Part shown: piece by piece, positions 56,115 through 64,000 of the stretch | Numbering within the stretch: position 1 is the first letter of the stretch | How the letters are laid out: the number at the start of each line of letters is the position of its first letter | Position numbers and translations under genes: made by a program | Notes under the pieces: model-generated | The model's input: the letters and a program-made list of their open reading frames with translations, nothing else | Told to the model about the DNA's origin: nothing | The model's database searches: none | Assembly: GCA_965203855.1 (NCBI GenBank) | Contig: CBDBDN010000005.1 | Span: 65,804 to 129,803, forward strand | Direction: 5' to 3' | Origin: Dehalococcoidia bacterium | GTDB taxonomy: Bacteria > Chloroflexota > Dehalococcoidia > Lucifugimonadales > UBA3495 | DNA length: 64,000 bases

Positions 56115-57035
56115 ATGCCCATTGAGAGAATCAATCCCGCTTTGGACGCAATCATTGACGCTGATGCTCCCATCTCCGAACACGGCTCCGGCTATGGCGG
56201 CGCAGAAGGGCCGGCCGAAGGGCCGCTGTGGTGGGCCGACATTGCCGGAAATGGCGACGGCGGCTATCTGCTGTTCAGCGACATCCACAACAACCGCCGG
56301 ATGCGCTATACCCCCGGCAGCGGCGTAACCGTGGACGCGGAGCCGGTCAACCGGCACAACGGCCTGACGCGCGACTTGCAGGGGCGGCTCATCGCCGCGG
56401 AGCATGACGGACGGCGCGTCAGCCGCCGGGAACATGACGGCTCTACTACCGTGCTGGCCAACCAGTTCCAGAGGCGCCAGCTCAACCGTCCCAACGACGT
56501 GGTAGTCAAATCCGACGGCAGCATCTACTTCACCGACCCCTGGACTTTTCGGCGCCCCCGGGAGCAGTGGGAGCAGACCATTTCCGGCGTCTTTCGTCTC
56601 TCCGCCGACCTCGGCACGCTGACCCTGCTGGTGAGCGACTTTGTGGTGCCTAACGGCTTGGCGTTCTCGCCGGACGAAAGCGTCCTGTACATCAACGACT
56701 CGCGACGGGGGGTTATCCGGGCGTTTGAGGTGCAGGATGACGGCAGCCTGGCGCTGGCGTCCGACCGGCTGTTTGCCGACCTGCGGGGCGAGCGCGACGG
56801 CGTACCGGACGGGATGAAAGTGGATGTGGCGGGGAATGTGTACTGCGGCGGCGCCGGCGGCCTGCACATCCTCAACGCCGGCGGCGAGCGGCTGGGCATC
56901 ATCGCGCACGGTCAGACGGCCACTACCAACCTCTGCTTTGGCGGCGATGACTGGCGAACCCTGTATTTCACCAGCCGCAACACGCTGGGCAGCGTCCCCG
57001 TGAAAATCGCCGGCATCCCGGTGCCGGCGAAGTAA
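56115..57035 (+). CDS. SMP-30/gluconolactonase/LRE-family protein
   Basis: PNDVVVKSDGSIYFTDP, PNGLAFSPDE, PDGMKVD and NLCFGG. Start set at ATG 56115 with AGGAGG upstream (the track ORF starts at 55830). Confidence 0.85.
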   Translation: MPIERINPALDAIIDADAPISEHGSGYGGAEGPAEGPLWWADIAGNGDGGYLLFSDIHNNRRMRYTPGSGVTVDAEPVNRHNGLTRDLQGRLIAAEHDGRRVSRREHDGSTTVLANQFQRRQLNRPNDVVVKSDGSIYFTDPWTFRRPREQWEQTISGVFRLSADLGTLTLLVSDFVVPNGLAFSPDESVLYINDSRRGVIRAFEVQDDGSLALASDRLFADLRGERDGVPDGMKVDVAGNVYCGGAGGLHILNAGGERLGIIAHGQTATTNLCFGGDDWRTLYFTSRNTLGSVPVKIAGIPVPAK

Positions 57036-57103
57036 CCCGGATGCGCTATTGTGGGAAGCGGACGGCTGATAATCTCCACAATAGCGCATCGCGCCCGGCG
57101 TGA

Positions 57104-57109
57104 TAAAAT
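57104..57109 (+). promoter_or_regulatory. -10 box TAAAAT with TG extension, leaderless-type (6 nt before ATG 57116)
   Basis: tgaTAAAAT-gccggt-ATG. Confidence 0.5.
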
Positions 57110-57115
57110 GCCGGT

Positions 57116-57448
57116 ATGTACGAAGTTCTTGCTTACACTAACAACAGCGGGCGTAATCCCTTCGCCGCTTGGCATGAACGGCTACCTACGACGGTACAAC
57201 CCAGAAGCGATGTGGTTATTGCCCGAATGGTTGCCGGGGACTGGGGAGATACTCGCAGCGTTGGGGAAGGAGTAATCGGGCGTCGGGTGCATATCGGCCC
57301 CGGCTATCGGCTCTATTTCGCCTGGGACGGGCCGACGCTGATAATCCTGCTGGGCGGCGGGGACAAGAGCAGCCAGCGCAACGATATTGCCACTGCCAAA
57401 GAGCGTTGGCTGGATTACAGGATACGGACGCATCAAGGAGGCCGATGA
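57116..57448 (+). CDS. higB: RelE/ParE-superfamily toxin, HigB-like addiction-module killer protein
   Basis: 110 aa with GRNPFAAW......R..V..R......G..GD...VGEGV.......GPGYRLYF......LIILLGGGDKSSQ..DI..A. Confidence 0.75.
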   Translation: MYEVLAYTNNSGRNPFAAWHERLPTTVQPRSDVVIARMVAGDWGDTRSVGEGVIGRRVHIGPGYRLYFAWDGPTLIILLGGGDKSSQRNDIATAKERWLDYRIRTHQGGR

Positions 57449-57669
57449 TGAATCCGGCGGCGGAGGATTGGAAAATTGCGGCGCGCCGACGGGCGCAGAG
57501 CAGTCCCGAATATCGCACCGAGTTGACCCTGGCCATTGCGGAATTGTTGGAAACCCGCGATGCAGCAGACCGGCGGGCGGCTCACCACTTGGCGCAGGGG
57601 ATTTTGGAGCTGGATTTCGCCAACGACGCCGAACTGCTGGCGTTGCTGCGTGAGCCGGCCGTCGTCTAA
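57445..57669 (+). CDS. putative cognate antitoxin (short, no clear HTH)
   Basis: ATGA start/stop overlap with higB and AAGGAGG upstream, 74 aa. It lacks the HTH block expected of HigA-type antidotes, so it is either a different antitoxin type or truncated. Confidence 0.4.
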   Translation: MMNPAAEDWKIAARRRAQSSPEYRTELTLAIAELLETRDAADRRAAHHLAQGILELDFANDAELLALLREPAVV

Positions 57670-57778
57670 GAGCGTGTCTAAAAAGTCGTTAATTGGCGGC
57701 GCGGCGTAGCGGCCGGCTCCGGCCATTCTGGTGGCATCGGACCATACAACAACCATCTTACCCCAGCGCCCCCCTACG

Positions 57779-58035
57779 CCGAATGGCGGCTGGAACCCCT
57801 GTTGCCGCCGTCTCAACCCGGTGCCGCCATTCATTATTGACAATCAATCGGTGAAAACTACCGAAAAAGAGGGCCGCGCGGCTACGACGCCGGCAAAAAA
57901 GCGCTGGGGCGCAAGCGTCATATCGTAGTCGATACGGCGGGGCTGCTGCTGGCGGCAGTGGCGCATCCGGCGGATGTTAAAGACCGAGACGGCGCCCAGC
58001 TGGCGCTGTCCGGACTGGCTGGAAAGTTGCCGTCT
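57779..58035 (+). pseudogene. IS5-family (IS427/IS1031-like) transposase remnant with internal deletion and frameshift
   Basis: EWRLEPLLPP (N-terminal motif) is joined directly to [13 protein letters not shown]. After a +1 shift it reads [46 protein letters not shown], and is truncated after that. Confidence 0.65.
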
Positions 58036-58102
58036 CCAGCTGCCGGCCGGCCGGGTCTGCCGTGCGTCGCCGCCACCGGCGGCGCAGCCGGGAGAGTGTG
58101 GC

Positions 58103-58262
58103 CGCCCCCCTTTTTGACCCACCGGCACACCGTCGGCTGCGTTACGCCAACAATGCGCGCAACGGCGCTCTGGGATACGCCTTCCCCAAGCAACGCCAAA
58201 GCCTGTTCCCGGTCGGCGGCGCCGGGGTTGGTGCGGGCGGCGCCGTGGCTGTAAGCGCGCAC
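58103..58262 (-). mobile_element. truncated transposase N-terminal HTH fragment (IS630/IS3-like)
   Basis: [36 protein letters not shown], abutting the IS5 remnant head to tail. No DDE domain follows. Confidence 0.5.
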
Positions 58263-58472
58263 AGGCGATGTGAAGCCTCAGGGATGGGGATAATCCGGCT
58301 ATAACAGCATTGGCAGTTTGTGTTGAGAATGCCGTTCCTTTCGTAAGAACGCCTCAGATGCGCCGTATCAGAAGTTGAAATTGCCATGGCTGCCCAGCCT
58401 CTAAACGCCGCAAATGATGCCGGCGGTGATTAGCCCCGGCACAACGATGAATCCGGAAAGGATGACCCCAAG

Positions 58473-58580
58473 TCACCCCGAATCCCCCGATGCTGAGAGC
58501 ACGGACGGCATCCATCGCAGCACAACAACCGAGAGCAGCAGTATTGCGATGGCAATCACGGCAATTTGCCAGAATTTCAT
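58473..58580 (-). CDS. possible 35-aa single-TM peptide
   Basis: My own translation reads MKFWQIAVIAIAILLLSVVVLRWMPSVLSASGDSG, with GAGGG 8 nt upstream. It is below the ORF-track size cut-off and speculative. Confidence 0.25.
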   Translation of the reverse strand: MKFWQIAVIAIAILLLSVVVLRWMPSVLSASGDSG

Positions 58581-58652
58581 TTGACAGCCCTCGCTTGGCT
58601 TGCCGGGATTACTTACCGGCCGATTCAGCATATCACACCGCCGGCCGCGCTT

Positions 58653-59603
58653 TTACCCCGATTCCAGCAACGCCCGCTCCGCGAACTCCGGGCGCACCAG
58701 GCTGGCGTAGGGATGATAACCCTGCACCAGTCCGCCGGCGATTAGGGCGTCCCGCATCCGGTCGTAGCCGGCAGGGCGAATTAGCGGGTCAGCCGCCCAT
58801 ACTCCCGCTGCCTGGTAGCGGCGCACTCCCTCAATCAGGACATCGCGCGCATATTCGGGAAAGACGTCGGCGATGCAGTCGGCAACCGCATCGGCATCGC
58901 TCTCCGCAACCCAACGCTGCGCTTTGCCGTAGCCCGTTACGAAACGCTGCACCGTGTCAGGATTATCCGCGAGGTACGATTCCATTGCCGCAAAGCTGCT
59001 GTAGCAGATGTGGCCGCTTTCGTTAGCCAGCGTGGCCGCCAGGTATCCGGAGCCTTCCCGCACCAACTCTCCGGCAAAGGGATAGGGAACCTGGATATAG
59101 TCGGCGTCGCCGTTGCGGAAACGGGCCAGCATCTGCTCTGCCGACAAGCCGTCCAGCAGGTTGACGCGGGCCGGGTCAACGCCATGCCAGCGCATCGCCG
59201 CTTGCAGCGTGGTATAGGGGACGGGCGTGAACCCGACGGGTATCAAAGTTGCGCCCTCCAGGTCGGCCCAGCGCCAGCCGTCGGTAGGCCGTCGCGCCAG
59301 CAGAAAGAAGCCGTCCCGCCGGTTGATTTCGGCGATGTGCAACGGCGGGTTGGGGCTGCCGGCGTCCAAATCCATCAGGCTGCGGCTGATGCCGCTTTGG
59401 GTGATGTCAATGGCGCCGGCCTTGAGCAGGTCGGTGCTGGACTGGCCGGCGGGGATGTGGGCAAAGTCAATGTCCAGCCCCTTAGCGGCCAGAAATCCGC
59501 CCTCAACGGCGGCATAGATGGTGGTGTAGAACATATTGCGAAAGGCCACCCGCAGGCGGATGCGGCCAGTATCTTTGGGTTCGGTCATCATCATTCCTCT
59601 CAA
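58653..59603 (-). CDS. NMT1/THI5-like (sulfonate/nitrate/taurine-type) substrate-binding protein
   Basis: IRLRVAFRNMFYTTIYAAVEGGFLAAKGLDIDF...AGAIDIT, 316 aa. No obvious signal peptide. Confidence 0.6.
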   Translation of the reverse strand: MRGMMMTEPKDTGRIRLRVAFRNMFYTTIYAAVEGGFLAAKGLDIDFAHIPAGQSSTDLLKAGAIDITQSGISRSLMDLDAGSPNPPLHIAEINRRDGFFLLARRPTDGWRWADLEGATLIPVGFTPVPYTTLQAAMRWHGVDPARVNLLDGLSAEQMLARFRNGDADYIQVPYPFAGELVREGSGYLAATLANESGHICYSSFAAMESYLADNPDTVQRFVTGYGKAQRWVAESDADAVADCIADVFPEYARDVLIEGVRRYQAAGVWAADPLIRPAGYDRMRDALIAGGLVQGYHPYASLVRPEFAERALLESG

Positions 59604-59633
59604 TGCAGAGTGTTGGGCGGCAGCGGGACAATG

Positions 59634-59933
59634 TCAATTGTCGGAACGGTGCGGCGAATAGCAGTTACCGTCATCATCGCAGTACAGAATTGCCGGCGCC
59701 GGCGTCGGGGGCAATGTCGGGGCGTTATGGTCAAAGCTTGGATTTGGGGTTGACGACCTACAGCCGGCGCCCCGATGTCGCGGGCTGGGGCTCGGGCTCC
59801 GCCCATCGGGACTGGCCTCCGCGATGTCGGCATCGAAGTAGCCGGCATCGGTATAGCCCAATGTGCCAACACTAACGGCGGCCAGGGCGAAAGACAGCAG
59901 TACAATAACTTTGATGCGCCGACGGCTGAACAT
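59634..59933 (-). CDS. small secreted hypothetical protein
   Basis: Signal-peptide-like MFSRRRIKVIVLLSFALAAVSVG, a Pro/Ser-rich middle and a Cys-containing tail, 99 aa. Confidence 0.35.
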   Translation of the reverse strand: MFSRRRIKVIVLLSFALAAVSVGTLGYTDAGYFDADIAEASPDGRSPSPSPRHRGAGCRSSTPNPSFDHNAPTLPPTPAPAILYCDDDGNCYSPHRSDN

Positions 59934-59954
59934 TATATTACCTCATGCCGGCCG

Positions 59955-61958
59955 CTAGACCATTGCCGGCCGGCGCACATAGCCATCGGACAGCACGACG
60001 CCATCCTCGCAGATGCATTCTATGCCGCCGCTTTCGTACTGCTGTTCGTACAGCTCGGCATAGAGGCCGTTGCGCGCCAGCAGTTCCTGATGCGTCCCGC
60101 GTTCTACGATGCGTCCCCGGTCAACGACAAAAATCACATCCGCCGCCAATATGGTGGACAGGCGGTGCGCGATGGCGATGGTAGTGCGCCCCCGCATCAG
60201 CGGTTCCAGCGCCGCCTGCACATAGCGCTCGCTGGTGGTGTCCAAAGCCGAGGTGGCTTCGTCCAGTATCAGCAGGCGGGGCTGATGCAGGATGACGCGG
60301 GCGATGGACAGCCGCTGCCGCTCCCCGCCGGACAAACGGTAGCCGCGTTCTCCCACCACAGTATCATAGCCTTCAGGGAATTGTATGATGCGCTCGTGGA
60401 TGTAAGCCGCCTGCGCCGCGGCGTGCAAGTCGGCTTCAGCAGCGTCCGGGTTGCCGTACATCAGGTTCTCCCGGATGGAAGCGTGAAAGAGGTAACTTTC
60501 CTGCGATACATAGCCCACCATCCGGGCCAGGCTGTCCAGCCGGATGCGGCGCACATCAACGCCGTCAATGGACACCGTGCCGGCGGTCGCATCGTACAGG
60601 CGGGGTATCAGGTAGGATATAGTGGTCTTGCCGGCGCCGCTGGGGCCAACCAGAGCGGCCAGCTGCCCCGGTCTGACCTCAAAGCTTACGCCGTCTAAGG
60701 CCCAGGCGTCGGCAGCGTCGGGGCCGGCGCCGGTAGCGTCGGCATCATCATAACCGGCATCGCCGGCCAGAGGCGGGCGGCGGTAGTTGACGCGGACATC
60801 GTGGAAATGGACGGCGCCGCGCACCTGCGCCGGCGGCATCGCTACGGCGTCCGTAGCGTCCACAATCTCCGGGCGTATGTCCAGATAGCCGAATATGCGC
60901 TCAAACAGCGCCAGCGACGATTGCAACTCTACCGCCGTCCGCAGCAGCGTGCTGATGGGGAAATACAGCCGGGTTTGCAGCGTGGTAAAGGCTACGATAG
61001 TGCCGGCCGACACGCCGCCCAAGCCCAACGCGCCGTTGAGCAGATAGCCGGCCAGTACATAGATTACCACCGGGCTTAACGAAAAGAAAATCTGGATGCC
61101 GGCCCAGATGGCCTGCCCGGTCATCTCCCGGCGCACTTCCAGGTCGGAAAGGCGCACATTCTGGCGGTGAAAGCGTTCAATTTCCCGCCGCTGCGCGCCG
61201 AACAGCCGGGTCAGCATTACGCCGGACACCGACAGCGTTTCCTGCGTGATGGCCGTCATCTCCGCCGTGGATTCCTGCACCAGCGACGACATCGCCCGGC
61301 GGCGTTTGCCGACCCAGTAGCTGAATACGGCGAACAGCGGGGTAACGCCCGCCGCAACCAGAGTCAGCTCCCACGACAGCACCAGCATTGCAATCAGCGT
61401 GCTGATGAGGATGACGATGTTGGACAGGATGTTGCTGACGGTGCCGGTAACGACCACGCGGATGCCGGCGACATCGTTGGCGACGCGGCTCTGTATTTCG
61501 CCGGTGCGGGTGGCCGTGAAAAAGCCCAGCGACAGAGATTGCAGATGCGAATAGAGGCGGTCGCGCAAATCCCGCATCACTCGCTGGCCCACCTGTTGCG
61601 TCAGCCAGGTTTGCAGCACGCCAAGGCTGCCGGTAACGACTACGACGCCGGCCATCACCCCGGCGATAGTCCAGACCAGCGACAGATTCGGCCCGCCCGC
61701 CGCAAAGAGGGCCGAGTCAAACATCGTCTGGATCAGCACCGGATTGACGACGCCCAGCCCGGCGGTTACGACAATCAGCAGCCCGATGGCCGTTACTGAC
61801 CGCCAGTAAGGGCGGAATGCCGCCGCAATGCGCCGATTCAAGCCGGGCATTGTGCACCGGCGCGGCCGGCCGCGGCCATCGCTGCCACCGTTCCCGGATA
61901 CGCCGGCGGCGGATGCCGGCAGCGGCCGGCGCGGCGCATTGGGCAGATAGGAACGCAT
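59955..61958 (-). CDS. ABC exporter, fused permease/ATPase (MsbA-like)
   Basis: Six-TM N-terminal domain, Walker A GPSGAGKTT, signature LSGGERQRLSIAR and Walker B LLILDEATSALD. The true start may be the internal MPGLNRR (complement about 61850). Confidence 0.9.
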   Translation of the reverse strand: MRSYLPNAPRRPLPASAAGVSGNGGSDGRGRPRRCTMPGLNRRIAAAFRPYWRSVTAIGLLIVVTAGLGVVNPVLIQTMFDSALFAAGGPNLSLVWTIAGVMAGVVVVTGSLGVLQTWLTQQVGQRVMRDLRDRLYSHLQSLSLGFFTATRTGEIQSRVANDVAGIRVVVTGTVSNILSNIVILISTLIAMLVLSWELTLVAAGVTPLFAVFSYWVGKRRRAMSSLVQESTAEMTAITQETLSVSGVMLTRLFGAQRREIERFHRQNVRLSDLEVRREMTGQAIWAGIQIFFSLSPVVIYVLAGYLLNGALGLGGVSAGTIVAFTTLQTRLYFPISTLLRTAVELQSSLALFERIFGYLDIRPEIVDATDAVAMPPAQVRGAVHFHDVRVNYRRPPLAGDAGYDDADATGAGPDAADAWALDGVSFEVRPGQLAALVGPSGAGKTTISYLIPRLYDATAGTVSIDGVDVRRIRLDSLARMVGYVSQESYLFHASIRENLMYGNPDAAEADLHAAAQAAYIHERIIQFPEGYDTVVGERGYRLSGGERQRLSIARVILHQPRLLILDEATSALDTTSERYVQAALEPLMRGRTTIAIAHRLSTILAADVIFVVDRGRIVERGTHQELLARNGLYAELYEQQYESGGIECICEDGVVLSDGYVRRPAMV

Positions 61959-61971
61959 AGCGGCAGCGCAG

Positions 61972-62856
61972 TCAGCCTATCGCTTCTTTCAGGCGGCGGA
62001 TGGCGTCAATGTGGTCGTCGGGAGCGGCGGGGCCCCGCCGGCCGGCGGCGATATGCGTTGCGCCCATTGCCTCCCAGGAACGCAGTTCGTTGAGCCAATC
62101 CTCCGGGTTGTTGTCGGCGGTAATAGTGATGCGCCCCTCAAAGCCGATTTCCGACGGGTCGCGGCCGGCGGCGTCGGCTTGCTGTCGGATCCGGTTCAGG
62201 ATGGCCTGTCCGCCGGCGTCGGGCGCAAACATCGGAAAATAGCCGTCGGCCAGCCGGCCGATGCGGCGGATGGCGGCGGCGGGCGGCGTCGGCGCAGTGC
62301 TGCGGCCGGCGCCAATCCAAATGGGGATGGGACGCTGCACCGGCAGCGGGTTGATGCCGGCGTGAGTAATGTCGTGATATTCGCCGTGGTAGTCAATGAC
62401 TTCCTCAGTCCAGAGCCGGCGCAGCACTTCAATTTGCTCGGCGCAGCGGCGGCCCCGGCTGGCAAAGTCCACGCCCAGCGCTTCGTACTCAACCGAGTTC
62501 CAGCCCACGCCGATGCCCAAGCGCAGCCGCCCGCCGGAAAGCAGGTCAACTTCGGCGGCCTGCTTGGCGACCAGGGCGGTCTGACGCTGGGGCAGGATAA
62601 GGATGCCGGTAGTGAGGCCGATGGTTTTGGTGACGGCGGCCAGATACGCCATCAGCGTAAAGGGTTCGTGGATATAGGATTCGTGGGTATAGGGAAACTG
62701 CGGCACTTCGGGATGCTTTTCCGGCACGGCGCCAAGGACGTGGTCCAGGATACGGACGTGCGAATAGCCCAGATCCTCGGCGGCCTGGATGTAATCCCGC
62801 AAGGCCCCAAAGTCGTCGCCAAGCTCAACGATAGGAACGGAAACGCCAATTTGCAT
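61972..62856 (-). CDS. LLM-class (luciferase-like) F420/flavin-dependent oxidoreductase
   Basis: MQIGVSVP...LGYSHVRILDH, ILPQRQT and SGGRLRLGIGVGW, 294 aa. Confidence 0.85.
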   Translation of the reverse strand: MQIGVSVPIVELGDDFGALRDYIQAAEDLGYSHVRILDHVLGAVPEKHPEVPQFPYTHESYIHEPFTLMAYLAAVTKTIGLTTGILILPQRQTALVAKQAAEVDLLSGGRLRLGIGVGWNSVEYEALGVDFASRGRRCAEQIEVLRRLWTEEVIDYHGEYHDITHAGINPLPVQRPIPIWIGAGRSTAPTPPAAAIRRIGRLADGYFPMFAPDAGGQAILNRIRQQADAAGRDPSEIGFEGRITITADNNPEDWLNELRSWEAMGATHIAAGRRGPAAPDDHIDAIRRLKEAIG

Positions 62857-63021
62857 GGTGATAAAAACCTCCCGCTGCGTATGGCAGGGCCGGATGGGAC
62901 GGGTTGGGTTGTCGGTGCGTCCGGCTTGAGGGGAATGATACCACTGGCGCTGGGGGGATGGGATGGGGGCAGCCCAAAGAAAAAGCCGGCTGAAATTGAC
63001 CGGCCCGCATCCGCAGCATAG

Positions 63022-63072
63022 AGGGAATAGCGGGCGGGGCTTGACTATCTCAAGCCCCGCCCGCTATTCCCT
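63022..63072. terminator. 23-bp perfect hairpin 14 nt downstream of the DndB-like gene
   Basis: agggaatagcgggcggggcttga - ctatc - tcaagccccgcccgctattccct. No T-tract on either side. Confidence 0.6.
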
Positions 63073-63086
63073 GCGCTATTCGGTTT

Positions 63087-64000
63087 CTACGCCACTGGGT
63101 CCGGCAGTTTGTGTTTTTCCCAACCCGGGCCGTGAATGTGTTCAAGTAGAGCGTTGGCTTCCTCATCGGTCAACTTGGCGCCGCCAAGATGGGCGATGAA
63201 TTGGCAAGCGCGGTTGACGGCAGTGCCGCCGGACATAACGCGCCCGTTGGGATTCATCAGAACGCCATGCCAAAGCTCGGCATCGGCGCTCCAATTGATG
63301 CGATTCAATCGGTCGCACAGCTCCTCATCCGATACGCCGACGCACTTGTCCCGCATCAGCAAGTATGCCCTTACAAGGGAAAGCTGACCTATGGGCTTTC
63401 CTAGCAAAGTCTTTTCCCGAATTTCAATGCGGGTTTTATCTCCGGCAGGGGACGGGTCGGAAATGGCTTTCGCCCAAGGGGCAATGTGCGACAGCAAACG
63501 TTCCCACACCAATTGGATTTGCTCCTTGACCAGCGGTTGCCGTGGCTTTGGGAGGTCCTTCGGCTTGCCGGAGCCTTCAATTTTCAGACCGTTGACGATT
63601 GCCATATTGGCGTCGTAGAAAGTCGCCAGCGTAGTGAACTCGCGGGACGTTCTGTTGAGGCTGTTGGAGCTGATTTTGACGAGGCCCGGGTCGAGAATCC
63701 CTACCTCTTTCCGCAACAACTCTCGCGTAATGACAGCGATTGCGTCATCATCGTCGGTTATCAGGTTATCTCCCTTGACCGTCGGTTTGGCGTAGCGATT
63801 GATTTTGTTAAAAATCCGTCGGGAGCCTTGGTCTGTGAAACGCACCAAAATGACTGCAACGTCGTCTTTGCCAAGTTCGATATTGCTTTCAATGCTCTCA
63901 ATCTCCCGGTTGTTTTGGTCGATTCCTTCAATGGCAAACCTGAATGCCATCAAACGATGTTGCCCGTCAAGCGGCACCAGTATTTCACTGCCGCTCAAAA
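63087..64000 (-). CDS. DGQHR-domain protein, DndB-like (5' end outside window)
   Basis: VPLDGQHRLMAF motif close to the window edge, about 290 aa downstream of it, in a clearly lower-GC segment. The reading frame is still open at base 64000. Confidence 0.7.
   Translation of the reverse strand, partial: LSGSEILVPLDGQHRLMAFRFAIEGIDQNNREIESIESNIELGKDDVAVILVRFTDQGSRRIFNKINRYAKPTVKGDNLITDDDDAIAVITRELLRKEVGILDPGLVKISSNSLNRTSREFTTLATFYDANMAIVNGLKIEGSGKPKDLPKPRQPLVKEQIQLVWERLLSHIAPWAKAISDPSPAGDKTRIEIREKTLLGKPIGQLSLVRAYLLMRDKCVGVSDEELCDRLNRINWSADAELWHGVLMNPNGRVMSGGTAVNRACQFIAHLGGAKLTDEEANALLEHIHGPGWEKHKLPDPVA

Overview
This is a high-GC (about 63-66% by eye), gene-dense bacterial chromosomal window. 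No rRNA, tRNA or CRISPR was found. All family calls come from motifs read in the supplied translations and from my own reverse translations. No database search was run. The housekeeping backbone is dnaX-ybaB-(inserted gene)-recR-recO, biotin carboxylase plus BCCP, uvrA, nadE, ridA, a split metH, and Ppx/GppA with two thymidylate-kinase-like genes. It also holds catabolic enzymes (amidohydrolase-2 x2, D-aminoacylase, acyl-CoA dehydrogenase x2, an LLM/F420-type oxidoreductase, SMP-30 lactonase, CMD, HIBADH) and transporters (MFS, ABC exporter, two solute-binding proteins). Small accessory genes sit between these: two PIN/VapC modules, a HigB-like module, two Uma2 and two NYN genes, three tandem PaREP1/HEPN-like genes, and three coiled-coil repeat proteins. 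There are also IS remnants, a beta-class DNA methyltransferase fused to an HNH nuclease, and a partial DndB-like DGQHR gene at the right edge. At least 13 copies of a REP-like hairpin (CGTCATTCCGGC-GCAA-GCCGGAATCC) occupy intergenic DNA, densest at 25.2-31.3 kb. The best candidate for an undescribed system is a lower-GC two-gene cassette at 16.09-17.80 kb with its own promoter: a DUF4365-type nuclease-fold protein plus a 380-aa orphan. Other points worth follow-up are the MTase-HNH fusion, a dcd gene broken by a 17-nt insertion, and a 17-nt homopolymer inside a secreted-protein gene. So are a 352-aa RHH-DUF433 partner of a VapC toxin with a palindromic operator, the Ppx-Tmk-Tmk operon, and four leaderless-type promoters. 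The gene content (Uma2, DUF433-PIN, F420/LLM, amidohydrolase-2 and ACAD expansion) suggests a Chloroflexota-like organism, but that is inference only.
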